Below are positions 1-11,466 of a DNA stretch of 64,000 bases, one piece after another (positions within the stretch are counted from its first letter, which is position 1; the number at the start of each line of letters is the position of its first letter). The notes beneath the pieces are model-generated. The model searched no databases and was not told the DNA's origin. It saw only the letters and a program-made list of their open reading frames with translations. A program made the position numbers and the translations under genes. This DNA is from Eledone cirrhosa (Eukaryota). The stretch covers positions 9,982,001 through 10,046,000 of the forward strand of contig OZ024743.1 of the NCBI GenBank assembly GCA_964016885.1, given 5' to 3'.

Positions 1-1960
1 CTGAATATACTCTTCGATTGATGGTTCCTCCTAGGTCCCTGAAATCACCAACTGCGTTGGGGAATTTCGTTTTAATGTTTGTGTATTGTTTCTGTGCTAT
101 TTTTAGCAGTCTTATGTTAGTTGGCGTTTTGATTGGTGCTGGTATTATGTAGTCCTGTTGTGAAATTTCTGTGTGTTCAATTATGTAAGTCATTAGTTTA
201 TTGTTGTGTGTATTTATTGCCGTGCATTTGTTTTTCTGGGGGTGGGGTGTGGTTCTTATATTTTCTTGTCGTTGTTGCTGGGTGTGTGTGTTTTGTTGTT
301 GTGTTTGCGATGTTGGTGCTTGTGGTGGTGGTGTTGAAGGTGTTGTTGGCGGTGGGGTTGTCGCCGGTGGTGATGGTGGTGCTAGTGTGGGTGGTGATGG
401 TGTTGGTGGTGTTGCTGCTGTGGGTCTCTTTGCAGTAGACTTTACCCTTTTCTCATTTCTTTCCTCCCTTTTCAAAGGCGACGATGCGCTGCTTCTGCGT
501 TTGTGCCTTCTTACGACCTTTTGCCATCCCTCTCCCACCTCACACTCCATGTCTGATTCTGTGAGGTCGGGGAGGGGTACCAGCTCCACTCTTTCACTTG
601 TTGTTGTTGGTGATGTTTGCACTGGAGTCTCTGTTGCAGCTGCATTTGGTATTGCTGTTGTTGTTGTTAATATTTCCACTGCTGCTGCTGTTTTTGATTT
701 CCGTGGAGTGGGTATGGGTGCCACGGACCTATCGTTCCTGGTTGCCGCTTGTCCTGTTGCTGGTAGCCGTGGAGCCGGATTCGGAAGGAGGGGGGTTTTC
801 TCCTTTCTCAGGGTCTTCTCGTTGCAGAAGGCCCTGAGGTGAGTCTTCGATCCACAGCGAAAGCATTTCGGGCGTTTGCCTTCAACACTTATGGGCAGTT
901 GAGTGCCGTTATCGAAGTCTATCACATCCGGGATAGCTTCGATGCACTCCTTGTTGGTTTGGATTAGCATCTCAATGGAGGTGCCGACCCAATCTTCTCT
1001 TACTTTTTTCTGTACTTGCAGTACAGTTGTTTTGTCCTCGATTCCGACGAGGACAGACGCGGCCAGCCAAGAAGGGGCCATTCCGGGGGGGACGTGGGTC
1101 AGTTTGACCCTCACAATTTTTTGCCCGCAGTAGGAGGGCACCAACACTATTTCCTCGCTCCTTAGGGTCACTACTGATTGGGCCTTTGCCTCCTGGGGTG
1201 TGGCAAAAAGTACGTCTACGGTGGCATATTTTTTGCCTCGGGTGATGTGCGTTTTCCGCTGCCACACAGACCCCAAGGCTTTTTGTATCTGAGCCTCTGT
1301 GGCTCTTTCCACCCTACGGGATTTTGTACTTACTGTACGGTACGTGACCGTACAGTGCTGTTGGGTTTCGAAAAATGTTTGCGCTGCCTTGCAGATTGCT
1401 CGGTGTCCATTCTTTGTCACCATCTTCTTCGCTTCCTCTAATTCCTCATTTGTTATGAGGATTGTTTCCAAGTTTTTCGCAATGCCTGCAAATGAGATTG
1501 GTTTTTCTTTGCTGCTATTGTTGTTGTTGTCGTCAGAGCTGCTGGTACTTTTGTTGTTGCTGCAGGTACTACGACTACTGCCTCCGCCGCTGTTGCTGTG
1601 GTTGTTGTTGGTGTTGCTGCTGCTAATGCTGTTGTTGTTTATGCTGCTGGTGATGCTGTTGCGGCCGCTACTGTTGTTTTCATTGTCACTGTTGCTGTTG
1701 TTATTACGGCTGCTACTGCTATTATTCCTGACGTCAGACGAATGAACTGGGTTTTCGTATTTCCCGCACACCTGTTTCGTCGCTGTCGTCGTCGTCGTGG
1801 AGAAACCTTGCACGCTTTGCACGAGACTTTTCTTTTCTTTCGTCACTTGCGAAAGAGAAGGGAGGGAGAGAGACAATCTTCTCTCTGCTGTAGTGATGAT
1901 TGAGGAAGAAGAAGACGGAATGAGTGGGAGTGACGTATGAAATTTCTTTTTCGTAGCCAT
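1..1960 (-). CDS. LINE ORF1/gag-like nucleic-acid-binding protein with CCHC zinc knuckle (>650 aa, runs off window start; not in the ORF track)
   Basis: Manual minus-strand translation from ATG at 1960 (context aacaacATGG): MATKKKFHTS..., N/S-rich tract, ...KPISFAGIAKNLE...GKKYATVDVLF...KIVRVKLTHVPPG...ISVEGKRPK-CFRCGSKTHLRAFC (CX2CX4HX4C at 865-824), ...GWQKVVRR..., P/T-rich tail. No stop seen to position 1. The layout resembles L1/Tx1-type ORF1p. Confidence 0.8.
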   Translation of the reverse strand, partial: MATKKKFHTSLPLIPSSSSSIITTAERRLSLSLPSLSQVTKEKKSLVQSVQGFSTTTTTATKQVCGKYENPVHSSDVRNNSSSSRNNNSNSDNENNSSGRNSITSSINNNSISSSNTNNNHSNSGGGSSRSTCSNNKSTSSSDDNNNNSSKEKPISFAGIAKNLETILITNEELEEAKKMVTKNGHRAICKAAQTFFETQQHCTVTYRTVSTKSRRVERATEAQIQKALGSVWQRKTHITRGKKYATVDVLFATPQEAKAQSVVTLRSEEIVLVPSYCGQKIVRVKLTHVPPGMAPSWLAASVLVGIEDKTTVLQVQKKVREDWVGTSIEMLIQTNKECIEAIPDVIDFDNGTQLPISVEGKRPKCFRCGSKTHLRAFCNEKTLRKEKTPLLPNPAPRLPATGQAATRNDRSVAPIPTPRKSKTAAAVEILTTTTAIPNAAATETPVQTSPTTTSERVELVPLPDLTESDMECEVGEGWQKVVRRHKRRSSASSPLKREERNEKRVKSTAKRPTAATPPTPSPPTLAPPSPPATTPPPTTPSTPPPQAPTSQTQQQNTHTQQQRQENIRTTPHPQKNKCTAINTHNNKLMTYIIEHTEISQQDYIIPAPIKTPTNIRLLKIAQKQYTNIKTKFPNAVGDFRDLGGTINRRVYS

Positions 1961-2282
1961 GTTGTTTTTTGTTTAAAATGAATATTGGGTACAAAACCCC
2001 AATTACTGGTTATTTAACCCCGAAGGGCCAAATAACGGACAGAAAGACCCCTCTCACGAGGAGGAGGGTGTCTTTATCAACAATTTGGTTCAAGTTTTGA
2101 ACAATTTACAATTGTTTTAACGGTTAAAAATTACTATACCTTACAGAGCCGAGCCTCCGTCAACCATGGCATTCAATAATAATAATAATAATAATAACAA
2201 CAATAATAATATACATATGCATATATATATACATACACACGCACACACATAAGCATATCTACACACACACACACGATAGCAA

Positions 2283-3494
2283 CTAACAGCGCTGCGATCG
2301 AATGTGGCTTTTTAGCCCAGCCAATGATCTAAAATGTCTTGCACAGAGTCGGCAACCAAAACATTTACTGGGAATAGTCGGCTGTGGTTGGAGTTCGTGT
2401 ACTTTTGCATGTCGCTTGAGCCCTCCTGCTGATTTACATTCTCTACCACATGTTTGGCAAGTATGATGAGTAGCATCTCCAACAGCAGCCTGGTAGTCAA
2501 CCACTGGTCTTACTTTATGACTGCGAAGATGACTTTCGAGTCCAGCTTTGCTTAGGCAGAGTCTCGCACATACGCTGCATGTCAGCACCATAGGAGGACC
2601 CTCGCCGTCTGGAAGTGCAACAGCAATGCCCTTCCTCACATCCCGCTTTACTTTCTCGTATGCGATTCGAGATGCCTCAAAGGCAACTTTTCCCTCATAT
2701 ACAGTCTTTCTCCATTTATTACGATCAGCAGCAACATTCTCCCATGTATCAGCAGAGATGTTAGCGTCTTTCAGAGAGGCTTTCAAGGAATCCTTATACC
2801 TCTTTTTTGGTTTATGTGGCGGTCGTTTTCCTTTAACCAACTCTCCATAAAAGAGTTGTTTTGGTATTCTAGAATCCTTCATCCTGGCAAGGTGACCACT
2901 CCAACGGAGTCGTTGCTTAAGCACAAGAGCTTCTATACTGTCACACATAGAGCTTTCCAAAATCTCGACATCACAGATGTGGTCCCTCCAGTGAACGCCA
3001 TGGATCCGTCTGAGACACATCTGATGGAAACGCTCCAATTGCTTAAGGTGGTGTCGATATGTGACCCAGGTCTCGCAGGCATAAAGAAGACAAGAGAGCA
3101 CACATGCCCTGTACACCTTTACCTTTGTCCTCCTGCATATGTCTCGCCGACCCCAGAGTCGCCTTTCTAGCTTTCCGAAAGCATCACTTGCTTTCCTAAT
3201 CCTAAGTGAGATTTCACTGTCAAGGTTGCTGTATCGATTGACAGTGCTTCCCAGGTAGACAAACTGATCAACCACTCCAAGTCGTTTGCCATACACATAG
3301 ATGTTTGGTTCAGTGTACTGCTTACCAGGGGCAGGTTGGTACATGACTACGGTTTTCTTGAGACTGACAGTCAGACCTAGGGCAGTGCAAGCGTCAGAAA
3401 ATGCATTCAAAATGTGCTGCATACCACTCTCTGTGTGCGCTACAAGATCGCAATCATCTGCATACAAGAGGTCTCTTATGATTGATGTAAATGG
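2283..3494 (-). mobile_element. 5'-truncated RTE-clade LINE: C-terminal RT plus three C2H2-like zinc fingers
   Basis: ORF 2283-3521 contains DLLYADD, FVYLGS, LLYACETW, LRWSGHLARM..RIPKQLFYGEL..GKRP (RTE-type ORF2 C-terminus). It then has CSVC..H..H, CQTC..H..H and CRLC..H. The first ~9 codons lie in (TACA)n flank. Confidence 0.9.
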
Positions 3495-3525
3495 CATACA
3501 TACATACCTAGATACATACATTCAT

Positions 3526-6500
3526 AAAATGGCGACCGTTGTGGTCAGTGTCCGATAATCGGACGTGTGTAATTACGGCTTACATGAAGGCAACATACCA
3601 TATATTGGAAAAAGTTGAGCTACATTACGCGGTAAGATTACATACAATAATTCTACATAAATGTTTGAACTGTAAGTGTGTTGTAAAACACCTATTTATA
3701 TGAACGATACATACACTTATGATATATGAACGATACATACACTTTAACATATAAATGCAACGTTGTTATATTACATTTATAAAGAAATATTGCATTTATA
3801 TAAAACACAGTTGTAGAATTAAAAACTAACTGAAAAGAAATATTACTCAAGCTGTGAATAACTTTAAATTTGATTCTGACAGAACTTTGTCGTAACTTTT
3901 AAAGATCATCGACTATTTTAAAAAATAAATACGAAATATTAGTGAATAGACGAACTCATCATGGCAAAAAGTACAAGTCTCCTTCGACCAAATCGCAATT
4001 ACAACCGTTGTACACAGTGGACCTACGAGCTTAACAAAGTATTATATGAAGCATACAAACAATCTGAACCCCAAAAGTTCGGTTTTATGCAAAGGCTAAA
4101 AACTTTATGGAACTCCAAACACCCAGAATTAGACTTTTCTCCAAAGCATTTAAATGAACAGGCAAAACGTATCATTAGATGTAAATTGATACATCTAACG
4201 GAATCGAGTGATACTACAAATACAGCCCTTGTAGACAACCACCCCACCTCCACTGACAGACAAAGAGAATGTCCAGCTAAATCTAACAGTGAACAGCTCA
4301 CCAACAATTTTGCTGAAATTCATCCCACTTCCACTGAAGAACAGCGAGAAAGGTCAGCTGACTCTAGTAGTAATTGTCACCACATCAACAACGAGGCTGA
4401 AATTCATGACTCTACTGAACAAACAGAGCACCAAAAACTTGTGGGCTCCCTACAAGTGATATGGAATGATATGTTTCAAGAGATACACAGCCTTAATGTG
4501 AGTGACAGACCATACAACACTAGAGTCAGTAAAGAACCCACTAAATTGGAATTGGAAGCGGTGAACGAAATAGCTGGCAATTATCTGAAGGCTATACGAT
4601 CTAAAGGTGTAGAAACGACATTTGAAACGCTTAATGTTTTGTTATATGTTTCAGCTGTCACATTGCTAGCATATAACACACATCTAAAACCACGCAATCA
4701 AGATACAAACAGAAAGCCTGAACCAGCGTGGATGCGAAATTTAAAAACCAAAATTTTGTCCCTGAGACGAAGTATCTCACACATCGCAGTCGTTATGAAA
4801 TGCAACATAGAGAGCAACTTCACACAACACCAGGAAGACCTAAAGAAAAAGTTAGAGAGAAGATTTGGAGATACAAAATTTAAAACTTTGAACTCCAAAT
4901 TACACCAGTTGAAACAACAACTCACAGCTACAACAGAAAGACTAAAATATAAGTCAACAGCCCATAAACGACAAGTGCTAAATAGATTGTTTGCCAGAGA
5001 TCCTAAATCAGTTTATCGCAGCTTCGGTGGCAAAAGCTCAATCTCTGTAAATGACACCCCTTCAAAAGAACAGGTTGAGAGCTACTGGAGATCTGTATGG
5101 GAAACGGATGACGGATTCAACAGACAAGCTAATTGGCTAAAAGAACTGGAACAGGACTACTGCCAACATGTCCAGACAAAACAATATGACATAGATGGGT
5201 CAATACTGGAAACAGCTCTACAGAAAATGTCGAATAGGAAATCACCAGGCCCAGACCTCATTACAGGATACTGGTTGAAGAATTTCACTTTCTATCGGCA
5301 AGATCTCATACGGCTGTTTACAGAAACCATTAAGGGCACACAAGAACTGCCCAGATGGTTATCAACTGCCTCTACTCTCCTCATTCCCAAAAATAGCCAA
5401 ACCACCCTTGCTAAAAATTACCGCCCAATTGCCTGCCAAAACATCATGTATAAATTATATACTGGGTGCCTTAACCTGTTCTTACAGGATCACTGTGCTA
5501 CCAACAACATCATAACACCTGAGCAAGCTGGTGGAAAGAGGGAGGTGTGGGGTTGCATAGATCACCTACTAACTAACAAAATGATTCAGGAAAAAACAAC
5601 AAAGAATCGCAGAAACATGACTGTCGTGTGGCTGGACTATCAAAAAGCATTTGATAGTGTACCTCATGGGTGGATTGTTAAGGCTTTACAGTTAGCTAAA
5701 GTCCCACAACCATTGGTAGCTGCTGTTGAACGCCTGACCAAGAACTGGTACACCAGTTTGATCCTTAGAGGTGAGAGGGAGCAGGTTAGGACTGATAAGA
5801 TACATTACCAGAAGGGCATCTTTCAGGGTGATAGCTTGTCGGTGCTACTCTTCGTTCTCTCACTGAATCCACTATCTTACTTACTCAGGAAACAAGGTCG
5901 ACAAAGAAGTGGGACCAGAAGTATCTCCCATCTTTTCTTTGTTGATGACCTGAAGTTGTATGGGCCAAATATCAATGACATCAAGAAACAATTGGACCTC
6001 ATTACACAATTTTCAACCGACATCAAAATGAAATTTGGTGAGTCCAAGTGTGCATATTTGGCAGTAAAACGTGGAAGAGCTGTGCCCTCCTCTAGAAATC
6101 TAGAGATGAACGGCCTGACAATACAACCTCTGCAGTCAGGTGACAACTACAGATATCTTGGACAGGATGAGAATGTCAGATATGATGGACCCATAAATAA
6201 GGAAAAAACCAGAACTGAATACCTCAGAAGAGTAAAGAAAATATGGTCATCAGAACTGTCAGCATACAACAAATACATTGCCCACAATACTTATGCTGTG
6301 CCAATTCTAACGCCAACATTTGGCCTACTGAACTGGTCATTGCAAGAACTAAGTGAGATGGATGTTAGAACTCGAAAACTTCTCAGTGTTACTGGGAACT
6401 TTAACATCAATGGTGATGTGGATAGGCTATACTTCTCACGCAAGGAAGGTGGCCGGGGTCTAAAATCAATATTAACAACATATGAGACCCGGATAGTGAC

Positions 6501-7551
6501 ACTGAAGCAACACCTTCAACAGAGGAAAAAGGTTGGCAACCATCTTGCCCAGGTTTATGACCATGAAAAAAGAAATATCATTAGAATAGCGACTGATCTG
6601 GAGGAGAGATATGGAATAAAGCCCGATATAAATCTCTCACCCAGAGAAATCGGAAGATCCTATTCAATGTTCAAACAAGAAAAAAAAATTGACCAATTTA
6701 CAGAAAAAGTTGTGCATGGATACTTGAGGCGTAAAACACAGACCATAGAGGGGATAAACCACTCAAAAAGCCTGGCATGGAGTTCCGACAAGTTTATGAC
6801 ATCACACCTTGAGGGATATCTCTATGCAATACAGGAACAAGAACTCCCTACCAAATATCTGCTGCACAAAAGAGGAGGGCCAGCAGCTGACAATAAATGT
6901 AGGCTATGTAAAACAAAGATCGAGGATGTAAGCCACATTGTTGCCAGCTGCGAAAGAATGTCATCTCGCTACTACCTCCCCATGAGACACGATGGGATAG
7001 CTAGAACCATCTGGAACGCACTTCGGAAAACAAAATTAACAACAAACGAGGAAGAATATATTGAGACAGATGGCACTAAGGAATACTGGTGGAACCTGAA
7101 AATAAAAACTGCCACCAGATTAAAGCACAACCGGCCTGATATTGTAGTTTGGGACCACACATTGAAAACGTGTTCTGTTGTGGAGATCAGCTGCCCACTT
7201 GATGTAAACGTTGTCAGAAAAATACAGGAGAAGGAGGACATCTACGGACCATTGATGAGGAGTTTACAAATCCAGTATCCAAGATACACCTTTAGCTTCA
7301 TACCCATCATTATTGGTGCTACGGGTTATATACCAACCCGCTTGGACCAAAGTATGACTGAACTTGGATTTGCGGACAAAAAGCGCAGCTCCCTAATTCA
7401 TAGTCTACAAATGGCTGCGATAGCTGGCACCTTCAAAATTTGCAAAACATTCTTGCGATTCAAGGGATGACAATTTCTTTTCTTTTACAACCTTGCCACC
7501 AGGAAGGTGGCCGGTCAAGAAAATATACTCAAAATTAAGAGAAAGAGAAAA
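3526..7551 (+). mobile_element. Apparently full-length R4/Dong-like non-LTR retrotransposon inserted in (TACA)n
   Basis: Single long RT+RLE ORF, ~435-nt 5' region and ~80-nt 3' UTR with hairpin GCCACC-aggaa-GGTGGC. (TACA)-type repeats lie on both sides (3496-3525 and 7552-7589). Confidence 0.8.
3961..7470 (+). CDS. Reverse transcriptase + CCHC + restriction-like endonuclease polyprotein (1169 aa)
   Basis: Motifs KSPGPD, NYRPIAC, WLDYQKAFDSVPH, GIFQGDSLS, HLFFVDDLKLY, YRYLG, CRLC..EDVSHIVASC, RHD, RPDIVVWD..VVEISCP. The N-terminal RxxWTxELN motif resembles R4/Dong. No frameshift or stop. Confidence 0.93.
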   Translation: MAKSTSLLRPNRNYNRCTQWTYELNKVLYEAYKQSEPQKFGFMQRLKTLWNSKHPELDFSPKHLNEQAKRIIRCKLIHLTESSDTTNTALVDNHPTSTDRQRECPAKSNSEQLTNNFAEIHPTSTEEQRERSADSSSNCHHINNEAEIHDSTEQTEHQKLVGSLQVIWNDMFQEIHSLNVSDRPYNTRVSKEPTKLELEAVNEIAGNYLKAIRSKGVETTFETLNVLLYVSAVTLLAYNTHLKPRNQDTNRKPEPAWMRNLKTKILSLRRSISHIAVVMKCNIESNFTQHQEDLKKKLERRFGDTKFKTLNSKLHQLKQQLTATTERLKYKSTAHKRQVLNRLFARDPKSVYRSFGGKSSISVNDTPSKEQVESYWRSVWETDDGFNRQANWLKELEQDYCQHVQTKQYDIDGSILETALQKMSNRKSPGPDLITGYWLKNFTFYRQDLIRLFTETIKGTQELPRWLSTASTLLIPKNSQTTLAKNYRPIACQNIMYKLYTGCLNLFLQDHCATNNIITPEQAGGKREVWGCIDHLLTNKMIQEKTTKNRRNMTVVWLDYQKAFDSVPHGWIVKALQLAKVPQPLVAAVERLTKNWYTSLILRGEREQVRTDKIHYQKGIFQGDSLSVLLFVLSLNPLSYLLRKQGRQRSGTRSISHLFFVDDLKLYGPNINDIKKQLDLITQFSTDIKMKFGESKCAYLAVKRGRAVPSSRNLEMNGLTIQPLQSGDNYRYLGQDENVRYDGPINKEKTRTEYLRRVKKIWSSELSAYNKYIAHNTYAVPILTPTFGLLNWSLQELSEMDVRTRKLLSVTGNFNINGDVDRLYFSRKEGGRGLKSILTTYETRIVTLKQHLQQRKKVGNHLAQVYDHEKRNIIRIATDLEERYGIKPDINLSPREIGRSYSMFKQEKKIDQFTEKVVHGYLRRKTQTIEGINHSKSLAWSSDKFMTSHLEGYLYAIQEQELPTKYLLHKRGGPAADNKCRLCKTKIEDVSHIVASCERMSSRYYLPMRHDGIARTIWNALRKTKLTTNEEEYIETDGTKEYWWNLKIKTATRLKHNRPDIVVWDHTLKTCSVVEISCPLDVNVVRKIQEKEDIYGPLMRSLQIQYPRYTFSFIPIIIGATGYIPTRLDQSMTELGFADKKRSSLIHSLQMAAIAGTFKICKTFLRFKG

Positions 7552-7589
7552 CATACATACATACATACATACATACATACATACATACA

Positions 7590-8090
7590 TGGTGGCTGCC
7601 AACTCGTTTTCGAGTACGGCCACTACTTTATATCCATGTAGGAGAACCCCTACCGAAGCGCTGAACAAGTGTTACTTTTTAGTCCAGCCAGCGACTTGAA
7701 AACTCTGGTACAAACACTACACTTGTGACAATTATTGACACATAGTACTAGGCCCATGGTACCATGTGACGACAAGTGCAGAGAGATCTCCAGATATAAA
7801 GCAATGCCTGTGCCGTGAAGCTTTTATAGTGAGCAAAGGCACTGCACAAAGCCAGTCCCACTCTCTTAACCAAGATGATATTTACCAAAAAGAAGAACAA
7901 GTCAACATCATTGGATACCATCAGGGTTGCAGGTGTTATATCAGAGTTTTCCTTCTCCTAGAATTCTGCCTTGACAAAGGCTAAGGGTCATCTCTCCCGG
8001 TGATTTTGGATGGCTATTAACTCTTAAGAGCTCCTTTGCCCTTTGACAGGTTTTGTTTTTAGTCCTGCAGGATGTCCAAAGTCACCCTCC
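7590..8090 (-). mobile_element. Non-autonomous RTE-derived SINE-like element, 5'-truncated copy
   Basis: Reverse complement of the 16238-16846 family. Its (TATG)n tail abuts the 3' end of the R4/Dong element. Confidence 0.8.
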
Positions 8091-9255
8091 CTACATACAT
8101 ACATACATACATACATACATACATACATACATACATACAGATAGACATACATTCTCGCGTACCACTATATGGGTAATGTACACACATACACACACACGCA
8201 TACACACACACATACTTAAGCAAACATACACATACAAACACACACAAACTTACCCCCCCCCCCCCCCAGTATGCGTGTGTGTGTATGTGTGTAATTTATC
8301 CTTATAGTGGTACGCGAGAATGTATGTCTATCTATCTGGATGTATGTATGTATGTATGTATCTAGGTATGTATATATATATGTATGTATGTATCTACGTG
8401 TGTATGTATAATATGTATGTTTGTATCTATATAAGTACTATGTATTATGTATTATGTATGTATATATTATGTATATAGGTATGTATATATATATATATAT
8501 GTATGTATATTTATGTATATAAGTATGTATATAAGTATATAAGTATGTATATAAGTATGTATATATGTATGTATGTTTGTATGTATATAAGTATGTATGT
8601 ACGTAGGTATGTAGGTATGTAGGTATGTATGTTTGTATGTATATAAGTATGTATGTATGTAGGTATGTAGGTATGTAGGTATGTAGGTATGTAGGTATGT
8701 ATGTTGGTGGGTAGGAAGGTATTTGTAAAATGAGTGGAATCAGCGAAGAAATCTAACATTTTTCACACATGTAAGATCTAAGTCGTACGCTATCTGATTG
8801 GATTCTCCATTTAGTAGGCTACTTATAAGACCTATACACATAGTGCTGCTTCATTTGGACATGATATAAGAGGAAAATGGTTAACGGAATGATCTATTAG
8901 AGACACAAATGCTCTATTGATTACTCAGTAAGGATTGTTGTATATTTATTAGCTTTCATATAAATATGTAGAAGAGATGTCGAGATATAAACGAGATGAC
9001 TTGATAAGATGATAGTTACTTTATTATTTCGAAGGAAACTTCTATACCATCTCAGTTTCTGTTCGCATTGCTGATTTGGTGTACTTTTCAGGAATATCAT
9101 TATATACACATACATATTCACACATACACACGTTCTCACACATTCACAAAAACGAAAACATGCGTATAAAAAAGAAACTTATAAATATATATAAGGCTGT
9201 GTGTGTGCATGTGTTTGTTTCTCGCTTTCTTTCTCTCCCTCCCTCTCTCTCTCTA

Positions 9256-9375
<120 letters not shown>

Positions 9376-9424
9376 TACTTATATATATATCATACTTATA
9401 TATATATATATATATATCATACTT

Positions 9425-9460
<36 letters not shown>

Positions 9461-9464
<4 letters not shown>

Positions 9465-9651
9465 AATTATGACCCCGACGGCAGAGCTCAAGCCAGTTCG
9501 ACGGCTATTTCTGGACTGAAATAGCCGTCGAAACGGCTTGAGCTCTGCCGTCGGGGTCATACTTTTTTCCTATTACCCACTCTACTACCCTAAGTATTGA
9601 GTACTCTGGTGCGTTATGGTCCATATGGTTCCTTACCACAATTCCTTCGTT
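9461..9651 (+). mobile_element. Fold-back pLTR-like fragment (family A) carrying the 3' half of a hammerhead
   Basis: ~50-bp inverted arms centred near 9513. GAAAC-GGC..GCC-GTC-GGGG gives stem III, a GUC site and stem I 3' strand. Flanked by (TA)n. Related copies at 23920-24062, 39298-39488, 39515-39702. Confidence 0.65.
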
Positions 9652-9792
9652 ATATATATATATATATTCGTTTTAACATATTGTTTAGCTCTAGTTTTCT
9701 TAACTATTAAGCGCTTACCAGCATTTCTACGATTTTGCGTTTCGTTTCGCTTATTCTACCAGCCCAAATACGATTCTCGCTGAATTATATAT

Positions 9793-10720
<928 letters not shown>

Positions 10721-10749
10721 AAAAACCACAGACCCTCTATCTCAACTCA

Positions 10750-10787
10750 CCTTTTGAAAAGCAGAAGAACTGCGAAACCGGTAAAGG
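10750..10787 (+). ncRNA. Minimal type I hammerhead ribozyme, U3:A8 core
   Basis: CCTT-TTGAAAA-GCAG-aagaa-CTGC-GAAAC-CG-GTA-AAGG: stems I and II pair, palindromic stem III (ACCGGT), GUA site. Same family as 61380-61417 and 61635-61672. Confidence 0.75.
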
Positions 10788-10917
10788 AACCAAATAAATA
10801 TATATATATTTTTTTTAAATAAGACTCCAGTTGCATTTTCGATTTCATCTCTTTTCTTTATACTTTCACTCGTGTAGGACACCTCGGTTATTTTTCATTT
10901 TGTAAAAAGAAACTCAC

Positions 10918-10994
<77 letters not shown>

Positions 10995-11053
10995 CACACG
11001 CATATATATATATATATATACACGCATGTATATATATATACACTATATACACA

Positions 11054-11141
<88 letters not shown>

Positions 11142-11376
11142 ATATTTAGAAACACACAGATACATGCGGACACACTCATATACATGAATGCATCCACACC
11201 CAACCGTGAGTTAATGGTGCCAACCTTACCGATGTTGCTCAATGAATGACTGGGACAGACCAATCCGGTTGAATTAGACTGAACCAGTATCAGAGTTAAA
11301 AATACATTATGAAGAGAGAAGAAACATTTAGATATAATTAGTAATAAAATGTATCATACCTAAACTGCTCCTAGAT

Positions 11377-11466
11377 TCCTCGACTACGTAGTTTCGTGGC
11401 ATAAACAAAAACAATACATCATAAAGATATAGAGTCCTTGCGAGGTCTGCCGACTTATCAAGAGGA
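11377..11466 (-). ncRNA. Type I hammerhead ribozyme, U3:A8 core, long stem II
   Basis: Minus strand: TCCTC-TTGATAA-GTCGGCA...TGCCAC-GAAAC-TACGTA-GTC-GAGGA. Confidence 0.7.

Noticed and set aside
133-1903. Hydrophobic plus-strand ORFs (133-438, 201-842, 1299-1745 and others)
   Set aside because: Antisense shadows of the minus-strand ORF1-like gene, with no independent motifs.
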